Assembly (NCBI RefSeq): GCF_001194135.2
Contig: NC_068998.1
Span: 15,403,234-15,467,233 of the forward strand
Direction: 5' to 3'
DNA length: 64,000 nt
From: Octopus bimaculoides
Taxonomy: Eukaryota
A program made the translations under genes and the position numbers. Within the stretch, counting starts at the first letter, position 1. Each line of letters starts with the position of its first letter. The notes beneath the pieces are model-generated. The model was not told the DNA's origin and did no database searches. It saw only the letters and a list, made by a program, of their open reading frames with translations. This document shows positions 12,758 to 26,464 of this stretch, one piece after another.

Positions 12758-15700
12758 TTTATATGAATACATATATATATATATATCCCTGTTCAATGTT
12801 TGTTCCTCCCTGTATATCACTGACATGATGAGGATAACTTGGAAGATTTGGCTGCCCCATGGTAGAAACGGCTGTAAGAGTTTAGTATTTATACGCTCAT
12901 CTATTATTCATTTATTTCTATATATATATATCTGTTTACATATTTATTGACTTATTTCGTCTGTTTACTTGAATCACACATATGTTTGTAATCAATTAAT
13001 AAATAGATATTATTGATGTTTGTCGATTGTTTATCCTCTCCATTTTCTTATTTGCCTTATATATATATAAGCACACACACACATACAATATATATATGCA
13101 CATGCCTGCATGTAAACACACGTATATCTATGTATACAGACAGACAGACATATAGATGTGTGTGTGTACGCAAACATGTATATGGAAAAGCAATCATAAT
13201 AGTTAAGTAAAATATATGACTCCATCAGCTCCATGCTTGATTGGTGATGATAAAAATATTTATAATGATAAACTACAAAACAATAATCATAAAATGATAA
13301 TGGCAATATTTGATAATATCAAAAAATTGAAGACCAACACTGTACTTACTGACTTTTAAATAACCCAATTTAACAAATGATAAAAGAGTTCAACTCAGCA
13401 TCAAGTGAATTTTATCAGAGCAGGCATTAAACCAAAGAGAAGTACAGGATATTATAATCACAGCCATAGAAATAACATTCACCTGTGTTTCATTAACAAC
13501 AAAACGCAAAACTGCATTACATTATAACACACAACCTGATCACCTGTATTTCTTGATTTAACTGTTGTTGCACCACTTGTAGAAATGATCAAATCTATCA
13601 TTCTTCTCTTTGAAAAGGTTAGAATTTTAGCCACAACATTCAGATTCAAGTGTAAATAAATTTACACGTACATCCTGCAGTTTTTTTATATAAACAATGA
13701 AGTTACACGAAAGTCACATGCAAAACCTGAAGAATAATAGTAATAGTAATAAATAATACTATTCAGGTGTAATAATGAGGTATAACGTTAAGATAAAGCA
13801 AAAAAAAAAAAAAAGATTCAAGTGCTAAAAGGATTAGTCACAAAATCAAGATAATATAAAATATACTTTATGCTGATAAGAAAAAGCCAGTCATCAGTCA
13901 GTTTAATGTACAGGCAAGATACAACCAACAGCAAATTTTGAGGCTCCCAGGAGGATTTCTAGATCGTTAATGAAAATTTTAATTTAATTTACTACTACTA
14001 CTACTACAATGATGCCGACGACAACAAGAAAGTGATAAAGTTTCAAATTAATGGCATGAAATTGAATAACTGAGTAGGGAAACTGCCGCTCAAAATTATT
14101 TTATAGAACTGTGACAATGCCACAGAGCAGAGTTAAACTTGGGAGGAGTTAAGTTTGTGAGTGAGCATATTAGTTTTCTGGAATGAAAAAAAAAACTTTA
14201 CTTTTCTCATTAGATTTTTAATTCAGTAATCACAAGCCAAGCAGGGAAGTATGTATGTGGTTGATCAACTGGATAGAAATAGCAGCCAAATTTCTCTGAA
14301 ATCAGATCCTACCTTCTTTAAAAACTGTGGCTCAGTGTGGTAAGAAGCTTGCTTCCCAGTCACATGGTTCTGAGTTCAGTCCCACTATGTGGTACTTTGG
14401 GCAAAGTGTCTTCTACTACAGCCTCGGGATAACCAAAGCCATGTGAGTGGATTTGTTAGACGGAGATTGGTGTGTGTGTGTGTGTGTGTGTGCATGTGTG
14501 TGTGCGTGTGTGTGAGTGTGTGTGTGTGTTCGTGTGTCTGTGCTTGTCCTCCATCACTGCTTGACAACCGGTGTTAGTGTTTGCATTCCTGTAAGTTAGT
14601 AGTTCGGCAAAAGAGACTGATACAATAAGAACTAGACTTAAAAAATAAGCCTGGGGGTCAATTTGTTCAACTAAAACTTTCAAGATGGTGCTCCAGCATG
14701 GCCACAGTCAAATGACTGAAACAAGTAAAAGAATATATATCTCTATATGTAGATGACTTGGGTGCAATGTTTCTTATTTTCAAAGTACTCAGAATTCATC
14801 ATCATCATCATTTAATGTCCATTTTCCATGCTGGCATGAGTTGGACAGTTTGACTGGAGCAGATAAAGCCAGGGACCACACCAGGCACCATTGTCTGTTC
14901 TGGCAGAGTTTCTACGGCTGGATGCCCTTCCTAACACCAACCACTTTACAGAGTGTACTAGGTGCTTTTTATGCAGCACTAGCACCAGTACTTTCAACAT
15001 GGCATCAGCATGAGTACTTTTTATGTGGCACCGACATTGGTATCAATCTTTTGCTGTGACAGACAGGTCTTCTTGTTTAACTTAACTCTATCCTTCTCAG
15101 TACATCTCTCTGCTATTACCAAACACTAGTTACATATTAAATAATTACCTTAGGAAGTGCTTCAATGGTGCCAATTATTTTATTCTTGTCTTCTGGGATA
15201 CTAACAGTTACCATTTTGTTTTCTTCATCCTTCAAAGATGGCGACCTAGAAGTAAAAAAAAAAAAAGACATAAATAAATAACAATGATGATTTTGATGAT
15301 AATGGTGATGATTTTGGTACAAGGCCAGAAATTTCTGATGGGAGGTGCGACTAGTCAATACTATCAACCCTAGTACTTGACTGGTACTTTAATTTATTGA
15401 CTGGAGAGGAATGAAAGATAAAGTTCACTTCACTGCCTCATTCAGGAAAAATATACAGGCTAAAGGTTGAAATGTTTATGGCCGCTCTGAGATAACTTCT
15501 GAAGATACTGAAGGGTTTCCAACATTGCAATAACAATAACCACCATCAGAAGAGCTCACAGTACCTTTGAATAGCTCCTGTGGTTTCTGCATAGAGGAAC
15601 GCCTCTCTGGTGATTTTTTCACCTACAATCACATTGACCCAATGTACATATCTTAGCAATTCTCAGAGAATTCAAAGTCAATACCAGCAGAATTTGAGAA

Positions 15701-16248
15701 AGAAACCATCATCATCATCATCATCATCAACACCAAGGCTGGTATGGGTTGGACGATTTGACTGAGGTCTGGAAAGCCAGCAGCTGCACCAGGTTCCAAT
15801 CTGATCTGGCAATGTTTCTACAGCTAGATGCCCTTCCTAATGCCAACCACTCCGAGAGTGTAGTGGGTGCTTTTTACATGCCACTGGCATAAGAACCAGT
15901 CAGGGAGCACTGGCATCAGCTATGTTCGGATGGTGCTTTTTAGGTGCCACCGGTACGGGAGCCAGTCAGATGGCCCTGGCATCGAACGAAATACCACAAG
16001 GCTCTTAATCTAATGTCTACCTGTTTTCAACATATACAACACCATAGTAATAACTGTTTCTAATTTAGGCACAAGGCCAGCAATTTTGAGGAGAGAGTAT
16101 TTGACTGGTGCTTTACTTTTATTAACACTGGAAGGATGATTGGCAAAAATGACTGGAAAAATTTGAACTTCAAATGTAGAGAGTCAAAACAACTACAAGA
16201 CATTTCATCTGACATTCTTCAAATCCACCAACTTTATATTATTATTAT

Positions 16249-16280
<32 letters not shown>

Positions 16281-18784
16281 TTGAGTGAGAGAGTAATGCA
16301 TGCCATCAAAGTGACACTAGGGTTCAAATATACAGAAGTAGGCAGAATTTCAATAAACTACAAAATGTCTGGTACACTGAAAATCTGTTCTATATTCGAT
16401 AATTCCAATTAAACCAGCAATCAAATAAATTTATAATCTGTGATAGAACAAACAGGTTATATACAATAATGATTTATTGCATTATAGCAAAAATTTTTTA
16501 TAAATATTACAAAAAGAGCATACCGGTAGTTGTGGTAAAATCCAATGAAGACCCAACTTCAGTAAGAGTTCTATGAAGAATATTAATCCAGGTCAACTAG
16601 CTCGTATAGGTTATTACTTTAACCACAGACTGCTATTCAGCCATATTTCAAAGTTGTGTCATCTTAGGTACTGACTTTGGTTTGATATTGCCTTAATGCT
16701 GGTGCCAATGACAAGAACTAATACTTGCAACACTTCATAGACATACATAAACAGATCTCATAAATTATCACACAACGGTATCTCTTGATGTCTTGAATTA
16801 GTTAAACATTCAACAGGAAACTCACTTGAATGTTACAAGAGCAGATAAAGATGAAAATATTCAAGTCATGAATATTTCACAGCAAATTCAATGACATTAG
16901 AGCCAAATTTAGAAGCTTATTGGGTTGAATGAAACTCTAAAAATAAAATAAAAAAATGATATATTACTAAAAATTCTAACTTAGTTACAAAGTCACAAAT
17001 ATGTTGGTGGAGAAGTGTAGTTGATTAAATCCTCAGTAAATTGCTGGGTTGTATTCTATTAGTTCTAGAAGGCCGAAAGTTAAAGTCATCTCTGGCAGGA
17101 TTTGGACTTATAACTATAACATAAGTAAAATACAAAGCATTTTGTCAATTGCTCTATATATTGTAATACCCCCAACACACTGCTTCAATAATAAAAAAAG
17201 AAAGTAAATTAGAAAACAAAAAAAAAGAAAAGAAACAATAAAATAGGATACAAAGAAAGGAAGAAAAATGTAAAAACTTACTTATCCTGTTCAACAGGAA
17301 ATGATTTATGATCATCTTCTGACACTTTTTGTTTTTGAGAAAGCAAAGCCATGTTCTTCTCTTCTTTTTCTCGCAATTTTAATTCCTCAACAGAACTGCT
17401 TCGATCACCTTTGCGAACACGTTGCTCAGAGATGAGTTCCTGCTGTTTTCTGTTAAACTTAGCCATTTCCTCTTTATCCATAGAACTTAAAACTTTTGAA
17501 AGGCCCAAATTGTGACTCCTGGTTGTACTGAATGACTGATTGTCTGTTTTTCTGCCCATTCTGTTATCTGTTACATTAATATTCAGACTGTCATAGCTAT
17601 TATTTTTAATATCAGAATGGGTCATTTGGTTGGAGCTTGCAGCTGCATTTGATGCAACTTGAGTAGACTTTGGTTTGAGAGCTCTATTGATTACAGGTGT
17701 AGCAGCATCCAACTTTGGAATGCTATTTTTTGATTCTTTAGAATTATTATTCGGGACATCATTGTTCAAATTAGCTGTTGTACTAACCGGTTTCAACAAA
17801 TCCAATTCAGGATAATCAAAATCCACTAGAAATAAATATTTGAAAATAATTTTTATTACAAAAAAAAAAAAAGAAGAAAAAGAAGCTTGAGAAAGAAAAA
17901 AATCTCCCCTAGAAAATCAGCTCTAATGAAATAAGTCACTCAAAAAAACTGATGTTATATGACAAAAATAACTTGAAATATCAACACAAATACATAGTGT
18001 GTGTGTGTGTGTGTGTGTGTGCGTGCGTGTGCATGCATGTGTGTAATTATTCTATTTGTCTGGCACACACATATACATTGATTAACTCTACACACAAGCC
18101 AACAATAGAGTTCAACTTGCTAGAATTAGCAGCCAAATCTCACTGAAATCATACTCCACTGTCTTAAAGAAGCACACATTGGAGAGTGTAGTCCCAGGAT
18201 TCCTGCACATAAGAAAAAAACAAGATTGTCAGGGCTAGAAAGCTTTCGACCATGGCTTTGCTCATCAGTACAGCCCTGGAGCTAAGCAACAACAACAGTT
18301 ACTAATTCTACACACATCATCATCATCATCATCATCGTTTAACATCCGCTTTCCATGCTAGCATGGGTTGGACGATTTGACTGAGGACTGGTGAAACCGG
18401 ATGGCAACACCAGGCTCCAATCTAAATTTGGCAGAGTTTCTACAGCTGGATGCCCTTCCTAACGCCAACCACTCACATCTATATTTTTATTATAAACAAC
18501 AATTAGGTCTTTATTTAGTTTTTAAATAGCTTTCGTTTTGGCTAATTCTCCATTTGCTTTCATCTCATCAATTGCCATGCCTATTATTATTAGTATATTG
18601 CCGGGCAAAATGCTTAGCAACAATCCGTCTGTCATTATGTTCTGAATTCAAATTCCGCCAAGGTTGACTTTGCCTTTCATCCTTTTGGGGTTGATAAAAT
18701 TAGTACCAGTTGAGCACAGGGGTCAACGTAATAAACTAAACCCCACCCCCGCAAAACTTTAGGCCTTGCGCCTATAGTACAAAG

Positions 18785-18819
<35 letters not shown>

Positions 18820-20353
18820 GCAGCAGCAGCAGTAAACAATAACATATTTTTGTTTGTGTTAAATAGCTTTTTAATTCTCCGACAATTATTATCTCCACCT
18901 TATCCAGTGACACATGTGTGAAACCGTTTCATCTTCCTTGTTACCTCCCACCCACCCAACTTCTGTGAAGGAGGTACATGTCTTGCTCCCCTGGTAACTC
19001 ATAAGCAACTTTCTCTCCTATATATAAATAGGATGTATATGTGCACAGGAGTACATATATATATATATATANNNNNNNNNNNNNNNNNNNNNNNNNNNNN
19101 NNNNNNNNNNNNNNNNNNNNNNNNNNNNNNNNNNNNNNNNNNNNNNNNNNNNNNNNNNNNNNNNNNNNNNNNNNNNNNNNNNNNNNNNNNNNNNNNNNNN
19201 NNNNNNNNNNNNNNNNNNNNNNNNNNNNNNNNNNNNNNNNNNNNNNNNNNNNNNNNNNNNNNNNNNNNNNNNNNNNNNNNNNNNNNNNNNNNNNNNNNNN
19301 NNNNNNNNNNNNNNNNNNNNNNNNNNNNNNNNNNNNNNNNNNNNNNNNNNNNNNNNNNNNNNNNNNNNNNNNNNNNNNNNNNNNNNNNNNNNNNNNNNNN
19401 NNNNNNNNNNNNNNNNNNNNNNNNNNNNNNNNNNNNNNNNNNNNNNNNNNNNNNNNNNNNNNNNNNNNNNNNNNNNNNNNNNNNNNNNNNNNNNNNNNNN
19501 NNNNNNNNNNNNNNNNNNNNNNNNNNNNNNNNNNNNNNNNNNNNNNNNNNNNNNNNNNNNNNNNNNNNNNNNNNNNNNNNNNNNNNNNNNNNNNNNNNNN
19601 NNNNNNNNNNNNNNNNNNNNNNNNNNNNNNNNNNNNNNNNNNNNNNNNNNNNNNNNNNNNNNNNNNNNNNNNNNNNNNNNNNNNNNNNNNNNNNNNNNTT
19701 AGGATGCAAAAGGTATTGTGTTTATTGATTATCTTCAAAAGGACCACATGGAGAACATTATGCCAATTTGCTGATGCATTTATGAAAGTGTGTGGACCAC
19801 AAGGGGGGACTATATTGAAAAACAAAACTCATTTGGTCACATTCCATGAGAATACCAGCCTTTGAACCTTTCAGCTGACCCTCATGTATGTGTGTGTGTG
19901 TGTGTGTGTGTGCAAGTGCATGTGTGTGTGTGTGTGCGCGCGCGCGTGTGTGTATATCTTAAGCTGATTTTTGGAACATGAATTAAAGTGAAATTGTAAT
20001 GAAAGGTTTTGATTTAGATAATCTTAAAACAAAAAGTTTTTTTTACCATAAAACCAAGAGCAGTCTCAAGCAGGCTGGTATCAAAAGGGTTAAGATTAAC
20101 AAAACAACGTTGTGGAAGAATGCCCCTATGTTATAATCTTTACAGAAATGGTTGTCTATCACTCCAGTTATGTCAATTACAAATGAGCTCATAAACACAT
20201 TCCTTAACAGCTAGGTCAATGTAATTTCTTAGCTTTGCACAACATTACAGTCATTTGGTATTGTTATGTCAATAATTAGCATGCTATTGTCATTTTAGTC
20301 ATAGGTCAGCAACAGTAGCAGTGGTGTCATCATCATCATCATCATCACTATTA

Positions 20354-20391
<38 letters not shown>

Positions 20392-23300
20392 GTTGTTGTT
20401 ATAAGGTGCTGAGCTGGCAGAATCGTTAGCACACCGGGCAAAATGCTTAGCATTATTTCATCTGCCACTACGTTCTGAGTTCAAATTCCACTGAGGTTGA
20501 CTTTGCTTGTCATCCTTATAGCTGTAGTATATGTGTATTATATGTGCAGGTGTATTAGAGGTGTATCATATGTGCAGGTGTAGCCGTGTGGTAAGAAGTT
20601 TGCTTCCCATCCACATGATTTCCGGTTCAGTCCCACTGCATGACACCTTGGGCAAGTGCTTTCACCATAACCCCCGATCAGCAAAAGCCTTGTGAGTAGA
20701 TTTGGTAGACAGAAACTGAAAGCAACCATCATGCATGCAGGCATATGCATGTGTGTGTGTGTGTGTGCATACATAAATGTATGCATGTGTGAGTGGGAAT
20801 ATATGTATGTTTGTGTCTCTTTGTTTTGACATCATGTGATAGTTGTAAATGAGAGTCAGTCATACAAGCAGTGTCGTTCATTTCCAATATTCTAAAAAAA
20901 GATATCTGGCCATGTGGAAATATTTACTTAACTTGCAAACAGGTGACGGTTTGTGACCAGAAGGGTATCTTACTATAGAAAATCTACTTCAACATACTGT
21001 CTCACCCATGCATGGAAAAGTGAGCATTAAAACAATGTTGATGATGGTGGTGGTGGTGGTGGTAACGATGATGATGATGATGATGGGAGTGGTGCTGAAA
21101 CCCAAGCTTTGATAGAGACCTAATTGCACCCTAAATTCTTCATGCTGACTATATTGCACTGCTCCCACCAAACATTCATTTACCCTTATAAACCACCAGA
21201 CTATAGATTGTTATATTCCCTCAAAGGCCTTCTCCAGAACAACAGGTGCTAGGTAGAGAGGTTTGTTCTTAGCTAGGAACTTACAGCTGGTATACTATGA
21301 AGAGGGCATCAGTGGTCTAATGCATATGATCTAAACTGCATCTCATTTAAGCAGATTTTTTTTTTTGTAATCCATTGTGGTTCACACTTTCATAATTTTG
21401 TCCATCAGTTCGATACCTCTGTACTTGCTTCTTTCCAGAGCCTCTTGTTTACTCTTGAAGCAGATGACAATAATATGTAATTGTTTAGTTGACTATACAG
21501 GTGACTGACTTAAGGTCTATTTTGTCAGATATTTTCCAACATCTCAGCTACTATACCAAACCAATGGACCAGCTGCTTTCTCCAACTTCATATCCTTAAT
21601 GGCCATTTTGACTCTATAACTGTCCTACCTCACCAGCTGGTCCCTTTATTTGGGCACATACTGGGTAGCTCCTTTTATTCCAATACATTTTCCCCATTTA
21701 ACAGTCTTTTGTGATAACCTCTGGAAGCTTGCCTCTTCTCAGCATTAGTGAAAGTAGTACACAACTATATGTCAAACACACTTTCCCCCAACAATATCTT
21801 GGTTCACTCTGATACTCTGCCTTACTGTCTAGAACATCTCTAACTCCTTACCCTCATTGCACTAAATACTGGCCAACCTCCTTCTTTCAGATCTCACTGT
21901 GCCATGTTAACTTGTCATCTTAGCAGCTCTTCTATTGACATGATAATGCTCTTTGCTTCCTAATTCCTTCCATTCTTTCTGGACCTGTTTTTTTAGCTTT
22001 TATGCCTCTAACCACAACAGTATCCCACCACCATGTTCGATTTGAAGTAAGTTGGAACCTTGCTCCTGCTACAGAATACGGTGAGTAGCTTTTAGTAGGT
22101 TATCTTCTAGAAACTACCAAATTGTTCCCTATGTTACTGGTCTTTATCAGCTTCTTTATTTCCCCATCTTCTAGTCTCTCTTTCTTACTCGATTGCACTT
22201 TCTCAAACACTTACCAATACACTCTATAAAGTGATTGGTGATAGAAAGACCATCCAACCATAGAATCCAAGACAAAAGTGGAATGTCTGGGAGGGTAATA
22301 ACTCTGAATAAGAACTGACTTAGATTGTGCTGACTCACTCATTATTAATGCAGAATGTGGATGTAAAACAATGATGAGGATGATGATGATGATGATGATG
22401 ATGTAGGCTCAACTAATGTTCTACCTTATGCTGGGCCATTGGTTTTCAAACTAGCACTCTGTCAGTTGTGACGATGATTGTTCCAGTTGATCCAATCAAT
22501 GGAACAGCCTGCTCATGAAATTAATGTGTAGGTGGCTGAGCACTCCACAGGCATGTGTACCCTTAACAGAGTTCTCAAAGGGATTTAGTAGGACACAGAA
22601 TGTGACAAGGCTGATCCTTTGAACTATAAGCTGAAACCTATTTTTACCAGCTGAATGAACTAGAGCAACGAAAAATAAAGTTTTGCACCCAAGGACACAA
22701 CGTACCACCAGGAATTGAACTCACAACATTACAATCATGAACTGAATATCCTTAGCCACTAAGCCATGCACCTTTTCAACCTACTGTATTACATTATTAC
22801 CATTAAAGTAAAATAGAAGTGGAATTTGAAATGGTGTGAAATATTTGAAAATATGCACCCCCCACTAACAACAAGTGCACTGTGCTTCTGGCAAAGACAC
22901 TCACTTCCTGAAAGTTGTAGAGAGGTTATAAAAGTGGTTGCAACAGCTCACTGCAAAGAAGAGTAGAATAGCCATTATACAACTGATGAGTTTTACATGT
23001 GGCTTGCAGTGCTGGGCTCAAATTCTCTTGGGGGAATCTTGAAAAATCAATAGGAAACCACTTCATTGTATGTTATATTGAATCCCAATATGTAATCAAT
23101 GCTTAGTGGTGTCTATGATAGAAGAGTAACTATGCACCATTCAACAATGATAAAAGTAAGGAAAGGAAAATAAAAGGCAATTTGCCAAGAACAAATAAAC
23201 TTTAAGGACAGTTAATGAAGGAGGCTCTGAATAGTTACTTAATTTGCTAGAAATAACACCCAAATCCCCCTCATTTTAAAGAAGGAAGAACAGATGGGAT

Positions 23301-26300
23301 AGTGTGGTCCTAGATACAGCTCAAAAGGATATCAAGCTAACTGCTGCCACTGCCACCACCATGGCCACCATCACCACCATGTACAGGTAAACCAAGTGCA
23401 CATCAAATGTAATTATTATTCTCAACTCAGTTGTATATAGCAGAAATATAAAAGAGATTATCCAGTAAGATTTTAAAGTGTTACTTACAAGATGGACTTG
23501 AACAGCCTACATCAACAGAAGGTTTTTCAAAAGCTATCGGATTTGTAGACATCTGAGGGTAGTGCAACATCCATTGTTCATAGCCCCCTTCAAGGATAAG
23601 TGGCTGGTTGGCAAGTATCGTTGAGCTGTCGTACTGAATTTAAAGAAAAAAAATGAAATTATCAAAAAAGACATGTAGTGAAAAAAATTTTAATCAACAC
23701 CAACAATGTGAAGATTTCAGGTTTTACATATTTTTTTTAATGGTTTTTCATGAGAACATTTCCATCATAACAGTCTAGTCTTCTCCCAACCACATATTCT
23801 AATTAAATGTGCACCACTAATAGTATGTCTAGAGAGATAATGGTGGTATTAAGGAGTTTATGTTACAACCACGTAGCTTGTAGTTTGGATATACTTTGTT
23901 ACAGGGATGTAAACATACCAGCCCTGGTTGTCAATAAACACACACACATACACACATATATACAGGAGTTGGACAAAACAATGAAAACACCTAGCATTAT
24001 AGCATCATAATTTTTAAATATCTATAAAACCGTCAAAAGCTTGTTCATTTTTATGTTTTTAGATTTATTATTAGTGTTGCTTAATATGTTTGGCTAAAAT
24101 TGCTGTTTCTTTTCAGATATCATCAGAAAAAGGTAATTAAAATTCATTAAAATGACAGATCTATCAGACTTTCAGAAAGGTCAAATTGTTGGTGCTTGTA
24201 TGGCAGGTGCTAGTGTAATGAAAACAGCCGAAATGTTTGGTGTATCAAGAAGTACTGTTTCGAAAGTAATGACAGCCTTTGAGAAAGGGAAAAACTTCTT
24301 CATTGAAACAAAACTCAGGAAGAAAACCAAAACTTTCAGATAGGGACCATCAGACTCTTATGCAAATTGTTAGATAAGCAAAGAAAAACAAAATGCATGC
24401 AATACTGTTACATGGCACATAATAACATCAACATTTACTCAAAGCTAAATCTGAATTAGTTACAACAGAGTTTCTTTCTTGATCTTGTTCCTGAACATCA
24501 CAGCTAAACAGGAATTCTTTAAAAGAAAGAAAATGGAATGGGGATAATGTAAGGTGATAAGCGCAAATTTGATACCTACTTTAAAAAGAGCATCTTGAAG
24601 AGTTTTCAATGGTGTGCCTGGTAATACACAGTCTTTTGTAGAGCTAGAATCCATCAGAATAATATAGTCCACAGATCCCCGATGGCTCCACAATGATCTA
24701 GAGTCTTTTGGTAAGTTTTCTTGTATGTATGGAACTGTGGTGCTAAAAAATGTCAAATAGAAACATAGTTAAGATCAGTAGAGAATCAAAGTTGAAGTAT
24801 AAAATTCGTAGTTATAAAGTATAAGGCCAAACTTGAAAATAATTTTCTTTACTGAGTGGGAAAAGAATATGAATAAAATTGTATAGCAATGTTTATTGCA
24901 AGGGAGAGTAATTTTAAAGCCTAATAGGGATCTCATGAATGACAATAAAGCAATATATGATTGTTAGAAAAACATTTTTACAATAGGATTCTCTTACTTG
25001 AGTAACTATCTTAGTGTGAAAAATATGAAGTACAAAGGAACGGCCAAAAATTTCACCCAACTATAAACTACATGCAGAGTAACATCCAGACACACAACTA
25101 CACAACTCCAGAACAGTACTTCAACATCCTAAGAAGACTTTATCTTCCTTTGAGGACAGACAATCATAAAACACACATACACACACAAAAATAGCAACAG
25201 CATCAATAGCATTGTTAGCTATAAACATTGTTTTGGGATGTAAAGCAACAAATAATAAATGCAGAAGAGCAACAGCTATCACATTCAGGCCAAGTTCATC
25301 TTGCCAACCTCAGTTGTGGTGACCTCCTGAATTTAAAAGGAGGAGGAAACAAGTTGAATAGCGAAGTGTACAACATGCTCAGGTTTCAATACGGCACCAG
25401 ATTTTTAAATATATTGAGATATTTCTGTAACAAGTTTTACTTTTTGTCCTTTCCATAATGACTTTATTAATTACTAGTATCTTAGCTTTATAATTATTTC
25501 AAAATCTGTAGCCAAGGGAGGCCATAGATGCTTAACAAGGGATATAACCTCCTCTCTCCTTTGTTGGCTATCAACCAGCCTCACATTTTCAACCATCTTC
25601 TTCCAACTCGATTCCCTGATATTAATCAACCACTTCCTGTATGGTCTCTCTCTCATAACCATAGGCGTAGTGCATCATTTCCTTTTCTGCCTTTTAACAT
25701 CGACAGAAGAGTTTCATGGTTTGCAGGCTTCCCAACAGCTTATACTACTTGTAACATGTAAAATATAAACATACATTCTTTGGACATGTGGATGGATAAG
25801 TATTTAGTGGTTGTTTAACACCAAGTCAGCTCAGGTTGAGCAGATATATTATGAAAGATGTCCCTTCTTTTCCTCAGGCACATTGTATCTAGGATAACAT
25901 TAGTGACTGTTTCTGTCTTTATTTAAAACAGAAGGATGGGATTCTAAAAAGATTTGACTGCTCTTTTACGTTTGTGAAGTGATTCCATGGAGCAGGCATG
26001 GGCAACATTTTTTGAGAAGCAGGCCACATGATACATGCCTCATAATTTGGCAGAACCACACTACAAAAAATTCAAGATGATTTATCATTAAGTGTGGCAT
26101 GCAGAATGTCATACAGGCTGCAGGTTGGCCATTATGACCGTAAAGGTTCCCTTCATTGGCTATTTATATATTTAGTTGATAAGGCCAAGTAAAACAGAAT
26201 TTACCATTAACAGAAAATATATTTCTAAGGCTATAGAAGGTAGACTGGAAATATATCAGGTACAGCATACCTATGAATGACTGAACCCTAAATAATTAAA

Positions 26301-26421
26301 ATATCTTGTATGAAATAAAGGGTAAAAGTAAGATATAAGACAAAATATTTAGGTATATCAAATAACTTATATGATTATATCAAACAAGTTATCCAATTTA
26401 TACACAGAAACAATACAATAA

Positions 26422-26464
<43 letters not shown>

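Noticed and set aside
12862-12882. gaaacggctgtaagag, the 3' half of a hammerhead-like motif
   Set aside because: No CUGANGA/stem II half lies upstream; at best a broken relic.
13553-13726. Acceptor- and donor-like sites in unique intronic DNA on the minus strand
   Set aside because: Gives an immediate stop (VLHVTFV*); such sites are expected by chance in AT-rich introns.
14139-14177. In-frame 39-nt candidate cassette exon ([13 protein letters not shown]) with a strong acceptor
   Set aside because: The donor gtttaa is poor and there is no homology; cannot be supported without RNA data.
18941-19865. Long ORFs in the track (also 9229-9552, 38272-38584, 43039-43545, 46236-47117, 49665-50856)
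   Set aside because: They are mostly X residues from N-gaps (2622-31, 9290-9426, 19072-19698, 38409-55, 43142-43535, 44375-84, 46394-46945, 49836-50769) and are not genes.
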